From positions 1 through 39,161 of the IMG/VR virus record IMGVR_UViG_3300007988_000038: a stretch of 39,161 nucleotides of DNA; one strand, written 5' to 3'. How positions within the stretch are numbered: position 1 is the stretch's first letter; each line of letters opens with the position of its first letter. The position numbers were made by a program, and so were the translations under genes. The DNA comes from a virus (taxonomy: Duplodnaviria; Caudoviricetes). Positions 7,949 through 16,945 of the stretch are shown one piece after another. The notes beneath the pieces were generated by a model. It was not told the origin of the DNA. It was given only the letters and a program-made list of their open reading frames with translations, and did not search any database.

Positions 7949-9775
7949 AATTGGATCTCCTTTGGGTTGGTGTGGGGCAGATGGGTCCTGAACCGACGCC
8001 ACCTGCAGAATGCGGGCATTTTCATCTGCCCCTTTGCGGTCCAGCAGGCCCAGGCCCGTAAAAGTCACGCCGTGAAGAATCTCGAAGACGGATTTTCCAT
8101 CGAGTTCACGGCCCTTAAATTTTCTGAGGTGGGTGCAGTAATCGGATTTGTTCTTGAAGCGCTTTTTACAAACGGAGCATTCACCTTCCTCGTAATCACA
8201 CTCCATCGATACCTGCGTGATGATGCCTCGTTTCATGAGCTTGTAGGCCAGCTGGGCATTTGGCGTGTCCCCGGTGTAGAGTTCACCGACACATTCGACC
8301 CGACCGCCGATTTCATCTTCCAGATAGTCAGCCGCCACAACTCCACCAACAATGTCACTGAACTCTTGAGAGTGCTGAAGGTCGACTTTCTTGTTGATTG
8401 CGGTCATGTGTCTTCCGGCCAGCTCCTCGGCTGTAAAATGGTCTCCATTTCGGTTGGTGCCGGTTCTGCAAAGAACGAAGGTGAACTGGGGATCGCCCGC
8501 CATACCTCCGCTCATCGCTTCAGCGTTCAGCCCGGAATGCTCATCGAGACACAGCTCCACCGGGATGGATGTGTGGATATTGGCTGCCGCAGCCATCGGA
8601 ACAGGTTTTGCCGACAGATCGGAGTCCGCATGAGACTGGCTTCCTTTCAGACAAACGAAAAGACGTTCTTTCGCGCTGGAAGCCTCCCCATGCTTGGAGG
8701 TGATCGAATACTTATGGTCCTTGGTCTTCATCCGGCTCTGACGTCCCAGACCGCCGATGATCTTTTTCATCTGCTGTTCGTTCGGATAGGCATGATCACG
8801 GTAAGAAATGAGCCAGTGCGGGATATGTGTGGCATTGCCGAGAAATTCCTGAAAGAAGTCGGAGGCGTTGCCCTTGGTGACAGTCACATGGCTGGTTTCA
8901 TAGTTTTTGACCTTGGTATCCGTTTTGATGGTCAGACCGTCCCAATACGTCATCAGTCCTTCGACGAAATGATAGGCTTTTTCATAATTGGTGGTCGAAA
9001 ACTCGGTTGCATAAGGCGGGTCAAAGTACGCGAGGTCAGCCTTCACCTTGGGAAGGATCTCGTTAACATCCCCGCGATAGGCTTTGTTCTCTTTGTCGTT
9101 GTCGAATATCAGGGCGTTGATCCGCTCGATATTGGCCTTCAGGCGTTTTTTGAATTCATCAGGTGTGTCCTGACGCTTGCCGTAATCAGTGGAGGACGAG
9201 AAGTGGCCGAATCCGCCTTTGCCGCTCATGCAGGTTTTCCCAAGAGCAAACAGAGCAATGTCCTTTTTATAGCCGGACAAGTCGTCACAATTGGCTCTCA
9301 GGGAATCGATAAGAGAGTGGACGCCTTTGGCAAAGAAAATCCCTTTAAAATTATCCTGTACAAAGGTTTTCGCTTTTGGGTTGTCAGCCAGCAGCTTGTC
9401 AATCTCGGCTTCGGAAAGTCGTGTCGAACTGTTCTCGACGATGGCTTTGGCTGCGTGATGACTGTAGCGAAGACGGTCATTGGCAAAAACTCGCAGCCCT
9501 TTGGATTTGTACATGTAAGCAACAACGGCCGACCCGGAAAAGGCATCCAGAACAGAGGAAACTCCGTCCGGGGTGTTACGCCAGATCCAGTCGACCAGCT
9601 TCTGTTTGCTGCCGATGTAGTTGGTGATGTACTTGGGGCGTTTCTCCGGGGGCTGCTCTTCAGGAGCCTTCTGTTCGGCTGCATTGGTCCCGATCTCGTC
9701 GGGATCGATTGCGAGCGCCGCATCTGCCTCAAGGAGGAACGCCAGCCTTTCCAGGTCAGTGGCAAACATTTCCAT
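7388..9775 (-). CDS. Fusion of D12-class DNA adenine methyltransferase, prohead protease and scaffold
   Basis: ATG 9775 with GGAG RBS. MTase motifs YIGSKQKL, VLDAFSGSA and AYFDPPY; then phage prohead-protease-like NRNGDHF...DLQH...VSMEC..CSVC..CTH..GADENARI; then a charged coiled-coil scaffold. No stop between the domains. Confidence 0.85.
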   Translation of the reverse strand: MEMFATDLERLAFLLEADAALAIDPDEIGTNAAEQKAPEEQPPEKRPKYITNYIGSKQKLVDWIWRNTPDGVSSVLDAFSGSAVVAYMYKSKGLRVFANDRLRYSHHAAKAIVENSSTRLSEAEIDKLLADNPKAKTFVQDNFKGIFFAKGVHSLIDSLRANCDDLSGYKKDIALFALGKTCMSGKGGFGHFSSSTDYGKRQDTPDEFKKRLKANIERINALIFDNDKENKAYRGDVNEILPKVKADLAYFDPPYATEFSTTNYEKAYHFVEGLMTYWDGLTIKTDTKVKNYETSHVTVTKGNASDFFQEFLGNATHIPHWLISYRDHAYPNEQQMKKIIGGLGRQSRMKTKDHKYSITSKHGEASSAKERLFVCLKGSQSHADSDLSAKPVPMAAAANIHTSIPVELCLDEHSGLNAEAMSGGMAGDPQFTFVLCRTGTNRNGDHFTAEELAGRHMTAINKKVDLQHSQEFSDIVGGVVAADYLEDEIGGRVECVGELYTGDTPNAQLAYKLMKRGIITQVSMECDYEEGECSVCKKRFKNKSDYCTHLRKFKGRELDGKSVFEILHGVTFTGLGLLDRKGADENARILQVASVQDPSAPHQPKGDPIMDEKTKKPDESSADAAKKKQERQEDNPAPGSELEKENRQLKAQVAELQKRIQELEAEQKAAASKARAHKLISKLEKQGMDFGEDRDNELTRLAELSDDAFAATEAAYEKMAKSNKADAKPQPETEKEPEKHKSKASSEPPMRSSAGVRPHDVDDRKLSLEDRLRTGFMAAYNNRVGNESNETVEIN

Positions 9776-9841
9776 TAAATTCTCCGGTTCAATCACTGTT
9801 ATTTGCCCCGATCGCACCGGGCGAGCGGGAGGTTTCAGCGA

Positions 9842-9872
9842 TTACTTACCGGAAGGCTTTGAAATGTGTCGG
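9842..9872 (-). promoter_or_regulatory. Motif copy 2 (upstream of MTase-protease / capsid genes)
   Basis: + strand TTACTTACCGG aaggctttgaaatgt GTCGG. Confidence 0.75.
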
Positions 9873-9888
9873 AAAGGCGTCTGCTTTT

Positions 9889-10242
9889 TTAGGCGGGAAT
9901 CTTCAAAGACCATAAAACGGCAAGACCACAGGCGGTTATGGACGGGTATTCCTCTGTCTCGACCACTTCGGAAAAAGCGCCGTCATAAGGAGATCGGCTC
10001 TGGCGATGATACTCCAGAAAATCATCAGGGAGTGTTGTAACTCCATTCTCAACCAGACGGTTGATGACCCAATCAGCCTGTTCATGACGATCCTGAATGT
10101 CATTTCGGCTGGAGTCCGGATAGAACATCTCAATATCGATGCCCGGGCCGGGACCTTGTACCCAAACACCTACAGGCAGATATTCCGGCACCGCCGCTTT
10201 CGGATCAACAAGGATGGAATCGATCATGTATCTCAGCTTCAT
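9889..10242 (-). CDS. Hypothetical acidic protein (candidate immunity protein for MuF cargo)
   Basis: 117 aa; ATGA-coupled to the upstream gene; second gene after muF. Confidence 0.65.
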   Translation of the reverse strand: MKLRYMIDSILVDPKAAVPEYLPVGVWVQGPGPGIDIEMFYPDSSRNDIQDRHEQADWVINRLVENGVTTLPDDFLEYHRQSRSPYDGAFSEVVETEEYPSITACGLAVLWSLKIPA

Positions 10243-10748
10243 TCCCAGCCCTCCGCAATTTTGATGTGTTCAGCAAGAATCTCTGAATCCATGCGCAGGA
10301 ACATATCCCGATTGTCTTTTCTGAATGCCAGCCATGTTTCCCATTGTTTTGCATGAGCCGGTTCGGAAACGGGCTCGATCATTTCAAGATGATAAATGCG
10401 GTCCAGATCGTCGGTCAGCTCCACAATCAGCCATGCGTTGATTTCACTTCCCTCTGATTGCGCTGTCAGCGCGTCATCTACGGACACATGAACGACCTTG
10501 ATTGTGTGGCTGTAATTGAAGCCTTCCTGATAGCCGAGTTCCTTCCATAACAGCCAGAAATCTGTTCGGATGATTTTCCCAGCGGCATCAAAATGCGGTG
10601 CAATCAGTGTCACCCTGAGTTCTGCGGAAATGGTGTCGATGAAGTTCTCACCGCCATGTTCCCGGATTTGCAACCGGCAGCCACGCTCATTGAACCAATG
10701 AAGCAGTTTCTGGATTCGGGCTTTTTCCGCTGCGATTATTTTCTCCAT
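10239..10748 (-). CDS. Hypothetical protein (candidate immunity protein for MuF cargo)
   Basis: Likely start MEKIIAAE at 10748, 1 bp after the muF stop, with GAGG RBS; the longer start in the ORF track overlaps muF. Confidence 0.65.
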   Translation of the reverse strand: MEKIIAAEKARIQKLLHWFNERGCRLQIREHGGENFIDTISAELRVTLIAPHFDAAGKIIRTDFWLLWKELGYQEGFNYSHTIKVVHVSVDDALTAQSEGSEINAWLIVELTDDLDRIYHLEMIEPVSEPAHAKQWETWLAFRKDNRDMFLRMDSEILAEHIKIAEGWE

Positions 10749-10749
10749 A

Positions 10750-13700
10750 TTATTTCCTCTCATTCCATGTGCTTGACGTATGAATGATGTCTTCCACCTT
10801 ACGGCCGTCAGGAAGTTTCTTGATCCCACGGGATGTGAAGCTCTTGATAATTTTCTGCCGTTCGGAAGCCGAATTGGCCACGATATATTCAATGTTGTCC
10901 AGCAGTGTTACTGAATACTTGAAGATGGTTTCATTGCTGCTTTTGCCCGAAAACTTTTTCCAGTCATCGATATTGTTTCCACGATTCTTCCGGACGTAAT
11001 CATCCACTACTTTGCCATAGGCGTCATGGCCGTAACTGATAGCATCCATGCGCCGTAGCATGCTCTTTTTGAAATAGAGCGCCGGAGAAGCATCACGACT
11101 TGGATTTTTCTGGATACGTGTGAAGAAATAACTGGCACCACCGCTTTGCATATCCGCTACCGGTGACATACCGCCTGGAGGGATACCCATTCGCATTTTT
11201 TCTACGGTGCTGGCCATTGCGCCATTGTTTTCAAGAATGGTTTCAACAAAATCAGACATACCTTCGCTATTGGTCAAGCGATGGACCAGAGAGTAATCCT
11301 TCATTTTCTTTTCCAGATCCTCCTCAGTGATATCGAACCGGTATTGGTGTCGATACCCACCTTTCAAACCACGATCGAGAAATCCGGCCTGATACGCTCC
11401 CATGGGGTCGTAATCCGGCAGCTTGGTAAGGTCCTCGACATTCAGTTCCTTCTGCCAGAAACCACGGAGCGTCTGCACCCGCTCATTTACGGATGCATCG
11501 CGATCGTCGAGCCTTTTTTGAAGCCGCTTGTATTCAGCGGTGTGATCCACTTTTCGAATGTACGCCATTTTTTCCAGATACATCTGCTCGGCATTTTCGG
11601 GGGAAGAAACCCGCGCATCTATCCCGAGTTTCTCCAGTTTGGTCATCAGGGCTTCGACCTTCTTGCCACTGGCATCACCGTCGACCACGATCTCCAGCTC
11701 GCCCCGCTGGGCATAAAGGTTTGAATTATCCCATGGGCGGTATTTCAGACGCGTGCCGTCATCAAATTCAGCGGTGAATTGAAGGCCGTCCTGCATCCTC
11801 GAGTCACGATTGAACATGGCATAATTATCGATGTCATCCATCTCGACGGTTATCTTGCCGCTGCTGATCCGCCTCTTGGTGTGAGTGACCTTGCCTTTAG
11901 TGACCTTGAAATCAGGCTTCTTGGGCTTGGCCGTTTTCGGCAGTTCTGGGAGATACTGCTCTAAGACACCGTTGGTTGCACGGTCCCAGTCGACCGCTTC
12001 TTTGATTTCATCCAGCCATTTGATATAGCCGTCAGCCATCTTTTTGATTTCCGGATCTTTGCTTCGGGCGAGCACAAGCAGTCGGGTTCTCAGTTGTTCG
12101 GCTTTTCCCAATTTTGTCCGGTTATAGTTCCCATCGCCGACATGGAAGTTTACGTTTTTCACTGCATCCAGAATGGTCGGGAAAAAGGTGTCTTCCTCCA
12201 GGGGCTGGCCTTTTTTAATTTCAACAAGGTCCAGCTGTTCCCGAAGCAGGTCCGTGATTTTAGAATCCGTATCCGGCCGGATCTTCATTTTAACAACTGT
12301 GCGCTGCTTACCTTTGAAGGATTCTGTAAATATGAGGGCGTTCTGATCTTCGACATCACCACTGTCAAATGGCAGGGTTTTTCCCTGCCATCCAAGTTTT
12401 CCGGCATCATCGATGATTCTTTCATCCGCTTCCTGCAGCAGCTTCTTTATCCCGGGCTTGGCCTGCAGTGACGAGAACCTGAAGTCTTTCCGGCCTAAAA
12501 CCTCTCCGTAGTATCGCTCGAAATCATTCCGCAGATCATGTTTTCGTTGAAGTGTCTGCTCATAGAATTTATCCAGCCCGATTTTGTCTTTTCCAAAGCG
12601 CCCCTCGGCATATGGCCGGATGATATCGAGATAAGCCTCGTCGGATATTTTTTCGACTTCCTGAATGTATTTCAGGGAGCCCTGAGGATCGAAGTTGACC
12701 TTGCCTTCCTTGGCCGCCCTGAAGACCTTGTTGTAAAAAGGCTCCTCTTCGCCAAAGGCGCTGTTGGGATGATAATCCAGAGAAAGGCGATCTTTCCCGA
12801 GATGCTTGAAAGCCTGCCCCTTGTCAATGCCATAGACATGACCATTTCTTCCCCGGATAAACTGCTTTGAGTGTCCATCATGATTAGCGACAAGCCAGTC
12901 GATGACATGCTCACGCTGTAGCTGTTCGATCTCAACGGTGGTCAGATTCTCCGGCAGTATGTTTTTGAAATCGATTTCTGACTTCAGATCCGTTCGCCAC
13001 TTTTGGATGGAACCTGTTCTGCCGTTCAGCTGGATGGTCCTCACTTCGATTGCGTCCGGGTCAATCAGCCGACCGATCTTGTATGCGGCTTCTTCTCCTT
13101 GGGCGATAAAATTGTCCTTGGAGTTGCTGGCTGGTTTGAACAGCCATTTGTCGCCATTTTCATCGGTCCAAAACTCTTTTTCATGTGCTCCGCCGACATT
13201 CGCCTTGCCGGACTTATTGAATTTCCCGGCTGCGGATTTTTCATTCCATTTCTGATCGGCGCTTTCAAACTCAGAGCCTTTCTGGACAAAGGACGGCGGT
13301 TTGGTTTTGGGTTCAACAGGTGGCTTAGGTGGTTCTTTTTTTTCCTTTACAGGAGATGGCTTCGCCTTTTTGCCACCGTGCTTTTCAGCCCATTTCTGCC
13401 ATTTGCTCTCGATATTCGATTGCGCTTCTCCGATCTTTCCCGGATCGGTTTCGGTAAAGAGCGTGACGAGATCGTCCTTGCTTGCCCATTGCCAGTGTTT
13501 CAGCTGTGTCTCCTTGGCAATGGATTTGAGTTCCGACGATTTGAGTTTGGCAATCTGATCCTGAAAAAGCTGCTTTTTCAGAGCAATTTCCTTGGCGTGC
13601 CCGACAAGCAGTTCCTGAGGCAGATCTTTGGCCGATGCCAGAGCTTTTTCTGCATCGGAGATCTGGCTGATAAAATTGCTGTAATCCAGCGGTGATTCCG

Positions 13701-15321
13701 GAAGCTGAACTCCGGCCGCAGCCTTTTCGACCAGCTCTTTCTGTTTTTTCACCAGGAGCTGTTTTGCTTCATCCGCCGCTATCTTTTTGGCTGATTCAGC
13801 CAGATCCGTTCCGGCTTTTTTCTGCAGTGCATCAACGAGCTGTTGTTTATTCTTCAGGATGCCGATTCCGTACTGCTTTTTCTTTGCCAGCAGTTCCTTT
13901 CCTTTCAGGGATGTGTGGTCAATTCCCGGCTCGAGCTTGTCCAGCAATTTGATGGTCTCCTGTTTGGTCATATTCAGGGAAATGCCGTTGTTTTTGGCCA
14001 TTTCTTTAAGCTGGGATACCGGCATACCCTCGAGTCCTTCCACCTGTGGAAGTTTGGACATCTGCTGGGCAATGAGTTTTGCCTGTTTGAGTTCAGCCTG
14101 CTTTTGAGCCAACAGCCCGATCAGGTCTTCCTTTGTCCGGAGCAGACCGATTTTGTGTTCCTTGAGCTTTGCCTTCAGTCCGGCCCCTGAAAGCGTGCTG
14201 TGGTCAATGCCCGGTTCTGCCTGATCGAGTAGTTTGATGAAGTCGGCTTTGGTGCGGGCAATGGAAATGCCGTTCTCTTTTGAGAGGGTCTGGAGCTGCT
14301 TTACGGTGAGTGCTGTAAGGTCATCGGCGCTTCCGTTCTCAAATGCCTCCTTCAGTTTGATGCTCTCTTTTGCCTGCGCATCCGCCATTCCTTCCAACGC
14401 ATGCGGGGGCAGTATACAGGCATCGCCCTGTGAAGCCTTGGGTGCCGCCTGTGCAGACAGATCGGAACCACAAATGCTCATGGGCCACGCGACAATATTT
14501 GTACAACGGCAATGGGGATGCGCTGGCTGTTGCGGGAATTTATCGATGGGAAATGTCTTACCGTCGAGAGGACCACATACCGGACAGGTTCTCTCGTCAT
14601 TCATGGCCATCCATTCAAGCTTCTGAACGCCGACGCGCTCATGAAATTTAAGCCGCCCCATGTTGTGTGCCCGTAACACCTCAGTCCGGGCAATCATTTC
14701 CATGCGGTACTGAGCCTTGCTGAACACTCGGCTGCCAGCCTGCCTGAAGGAGTCCTTATCGATGATGACCTTGCCAAGGTCGCGGACAATATCATCCGCA
14801 CCTTTACCCGTGGCTATACCGCTCAGGATCGTTCTCTTTATCCCATCCGACAGTTCACGGTGAACATCCCCGGCAAGCGTCAGATTGTATTGCGTCATGA
14901 AGTCGAGGGCATTGGTATCGACTATGGAGAACACCTTGGTGGCCAGTTTATCGATACCTTCAGGCTTCAGGTCGGCATAGAATGGCAGTGACGCGGATGT
15001 CAGTTCGGTAATGCCCTGAGCGATGCCGCCCTTGAAGGCGTCCTTGGTGCTTTTGCGGAAAACAAGCGTCTGGTTCCGCTTTAACTGGCGCAAAACATCA
15101 TCCAGCTCGCCTTGCAGCTTTTCCAGACCTTTCAAAGCTGCCAGCTTGTTGTCCGGCAAAGAGCCGAGAGTGCGATATTTCAAAATGGCCTGCGCAACTT
15201 CCTGTTCAGCCTTGTTGAGAGACTGAGTCAGTTGCGCTGTAATGGAATCGTTGTAGCGATTTCGGGATTTCAGGCTCTTGAGTGTTGCTGCCTGAATGCG
15301 TTCTTTGAGATCAGAAGGCAT
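10750..15321 (-). CDS. MuF (SPP1 gp7-like) minor head protein with HeH repeats, HipA/PI3K-like kinase domain and C-terminal enzyme-like domain
   Basis: MuF motifs IARTEVLRAHN...W...DERTCPVC...PAHPHCRC; repeated LTVKQLQTLSKENGI..TKADFIKLL units; kinase-like GGAHEK..WLFKP..EEAAY..DWLVANHDGH..IDKG. Confidence 0.85.
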   Translation of the reverse strand: MPSDLKERIQAATLKSLKSRNRYNDSITAQLTQSLNKAEQEVAQAILKYRTLGSLPDNKLAALKGLEKLQGELDDVLRQLKRNQTLVFRKSTKDAFKGGIAQGITELTSASLPFYADLKPEGIDKLATKVFSIVDTNALDFMTQYNLTLAGDVHRELSDGIKRTILSGIATGKGADDIVRDLGKVIIDKDSFRQAGSRVFSKAQYRMEMIARTEVLRAHNMGRLKFHERVGVQKLEWMAMNDERTCPVCGPLDGKTFPIDKFPQQPAHPHCRCTNIVAWPMSICGSDLSAQAAPKASQGDACILPPHALEGMADAQAKESIKLKEAFENGSADDLTALTVKQLQTLSKENGISIARTKADFIKLLDQAEPGIDHSTLSGAGLKAKLKEHKIGLLRTKEDLIGLLAQKQAELKQAKLIAQQMSKLPQVEGLEGMPVSQLKEMAKNNGISLNMTKQETIKLLDKLEPGIDHTSLKGKELLAKKKQYGIGILKNKQQLVDALQKKAGTDLAESAKKIAADEAKQLLVKKQKELVEKAAAGVQLPESPLDYSNFISQISDAEKALASAKDLPQELLVGHAKEIALKKQLFQDQIAKLKSSELKSIAKETQLKHWQWASKDDLVTLFTETDPGKIGEAQSNIESKWQKWAEKHGGKKAKPSPVKEKKEPPKPPVEPKTKPPSFVQKGSEFESADQKWNEKSAAGKFNKSGKANVGGAHEKEFWTDENGDKWLFKPASNSKDNFIAQGEEAAYKIGRLIDPDAIEVRTIQLNGRTGSIQKWRTDLKSEIDFKNILPENLTTVEIEQLQREHVIDWLVANHDGHSKQFIRGRNGHVYGIDKGQAFKHLGKDRLSLDYHPNSAFGEEEPFYNKVFRAAKEGKVNFDPQGSLKYIQEVEKISDEAYLDIIRPYAEGRFGKDKIGLDKFYEQTLQRKHDLRNDFERYYGEVLGRKDFRFSSLQAKPGIKKLLQEADERIIDDAGKLGWQGKTLPFDSGDVEDQNALIFTESFKGKQRTVVKMKIRPDTDSKITDLLREQLDLVEIKKGQPLEEDTFFPTILDAVKNVNFHVGDGNYNRTKLGKAEQLRTRLLVLARSKDPEIKKMADGYIKWLDEIKEAVDWDRATNGVLEQYLPELPKTAKPKKPDFKVTKGKVTHTKRRISSGKITVEMDDIDNYAMFNRDSRMQDGLQFTAEFDDGTRLKYRPWDNSNLYAQRGELEIVVDGDASGKKVEALMTKLEKLGIDARVSSPENAEQMYLEKMAYIRKVDHTAEYKRLQKRLDDRDASVNERVQTLRGFWQKELNVEDLTKLPDYDPMGAYQAGFLDRGLKGGYRHQYRFDITEEDLEKKMKDYSLVHRLTNSEGMSDFVETILENNGAMASTVEKMRMGIPPGGMSPVADMQSGGASYFFTRIQKNPSRDASPALYFKKSMLRRMDAISYGHDAYGKVVDDYVRKNRGNNIDDWKKFSGKSSNETIFKYSVTLLDNIEYIVANSASERQKIIKSFTSRGIKKLPDGRKVEDIIHTSSTWNERK

Positions 15322-15323
15322 GA

Positions 15324-16829
15324 TCAGGATTCCCGGCGGTCAATAAATCGGCAGGCCGGGGAATCGAAGGTGCGCTCGGTGTTGTGTACTCGGCAGCGGT
15401 TGGAATCTGGATTGAAGTGGCTGCATTCATCGCATAAGGAGGTTGCCGCCGTTGCTTCCATTTCCTCGGAATAGTGATGGTGGGCCTCGGTATCGAGATC
15501 GTTACCGTCAGCGGGAATACCGAGCATCTTTCTGGCGCTGGGAACACTCATGATTCCCGACACCACCATATCGACGATCGGCTTCACCTGTTTTTCATCC
15601 ATCAGGTCGATGTTCTTACGCTCGGTCTCACGATTTGCGGCTTCGATGTCCGGGTCCAGATCCATCTTGAGCTGCAAGCTGGAACGGCTGATCAGTTTGC
15701 GATCATACAGCTCGATGAGCAGTTTCTTGAAATCAACGGCATCACTCGGATCAAGGTCATTGAAGATGAATTGCAGGGACTTGTCGCTGTGGCCTTTCAG
15801 TTCCATCCAGTCATCGAAGATCCAGTCGAGCAGTTTTCGTGCGGCCTGTTTGATCTCCCGGATCATGACCATCATTTTCTGCATGCTCACAGAAGCTGTG
15901 GCAAAGTTAGGACCGTCTCCGGTCACCAAGGATCGTGAGAGGCCGAGAGCCACCACAATGTCTTCTTTGACCTCCTTGACCTTGTCCTCGACGTTGAGTA
16001 CCTGGCCATCCGTTCCGTGGGTTTCCACATTCACGTAAAACGGAACCACGAGGCCGCTCTTCATGTCCATCTTGTTGACCATGTCGCGGACCTGTTCCAG
16101 CATCCGCTGGTCGGGCATCACCATCTTTTGACCGAACGCGCCGCCCACTTTGAGGAGTCGGAAGGGAGTCGCCCAGCGCTTTGCAATGGCCTGTTCGGCG
16201 CGACGGTAATCACGCAGCAGTTCAATGGACTGAAACGCGGGCAGTACCAGTGAGTTTCCTCGTGGTGAGAAACCCGGGGCGTCCCATTTCAAATGGATGA
16301 CCTGATCAACCGGAAGGTCGATCGGATCACTGGCAGACCCTGAATCCTCAGCATATTGCATGGCTTCGATAAGTTCGCCCTGAGCATATTTCACCTTCAC
16401 GGAAACCGGATTGACACATACCACTTCCTCGATGTCCTGACCGGAAGCTGCATATCGCTTGAATCCAACAGCATCTCCTTTGACCAGCAGTTGGAGGATC
16501 ATATCTTTTATGAATTCGGAGACATCGAGTCTCCATGCGGCACTGACCGCATCGTTTTTCAGCGTTTCATCATCGCTGGTCATTTTGATTTCATCTCCAA
16601 CCGCAAACGTGCGCCATGAGTTGACACAGTTCTTTACCAGCGGCTCTTCGACGTAGTATTCCCACGCCTTTCTGGCTCGCTCCTCCCATGTGGCCGGGAC
16701 GGCATCCGTCGCGTTGACCTTGCTGAAAGCTGACGCATCGAGGGCAGCGGCAGCGGCCATGGGGACAATAGCGTATCCATTGGATTCGTTTTCCGGCTGC
16801 TCGGTATCTGGCTGGGCGTTTGTATCCAC
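15324..16829 (-). CDS. Portal protein (with C-terminal Cys/His cluster)
   Basis: Between terL and muF; YYVEEPLVKNCVN, VIHLK...RGNS, IVVALG patterns; 501 aa; GTG start with GAGG RBS. Confidence 0.85.
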   Translation of the reverse strand: MDTNAQPDTEQPENESNGYAIVPMAAAAALDASAFSKVNATDAVPATWEERARKAWEYYVEEPLVKNCVNSWRTFAVGDEIKMTSDDETLKNDAVSAAWRLDVSEFIKDMILQLLVKGDAVGFKRYAASGQDIEEVVCVNPVSVKVKYAQGELIEAMQYAEDSGSASDPIDLPVDQVIHLKWDAPGFSPRGNSLVLPAFQSIELLRDYRRAEQAIAKRWATPFRLLKVGGAFGQKMVMPDQRMLEQVRDMVNKMDMKSGLVVPFYVNVETHGTDGQVLNVEDKVKEVKEDIVVALGLSRSLVTGDGPNFATASVSMQKMMVMIREIKQAARKLLDWIFDDWMELKGHSDKSLQFIFNDLDPSDAVDFKKLLIELYDRKLISRSSLQLKMDLDPDIEAANRETERKNIDLMDEKQVKPIVDMVVSGIMSVPSARKMLGIPADGNDLDTEAHHHYSEEMEATAATSLCDECSHFNPDSNRCRVHNTERTFDSPACRFIDRRES

Positions 16830-16905
16830 GTCATCCTCTCGGGGTTATTTCCGGTTTAACGGCCGCACATCTCCCCGCTGTGGGGAGAACACGGCAACAC
16901 TGGGG

Positions 16906-16936
16906 TTACTTACCGGATGGAGGGGGAAAGCGTCGG
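16906..16936 (-). promoter_or_regulatory. Motif copy 3 (upstream of portal-muF genes)
   Basis: + strand TTACTTACCGG atggagggggaaagc GTCGG. Confidence 0.75.
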
Positions 16937-16945
16937 AAAGGCGGG

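Noticed and set aside
7745-9778. 677-aa ORF on the + strand
   Set aside because: Antisense shadow of the MTase-protease gene; no recognisable motifs.
7388-10748. Restriction-modification system
   Set aside because: No recognisable endonuclease next to the MTase, which is fused to head-assembly domains.
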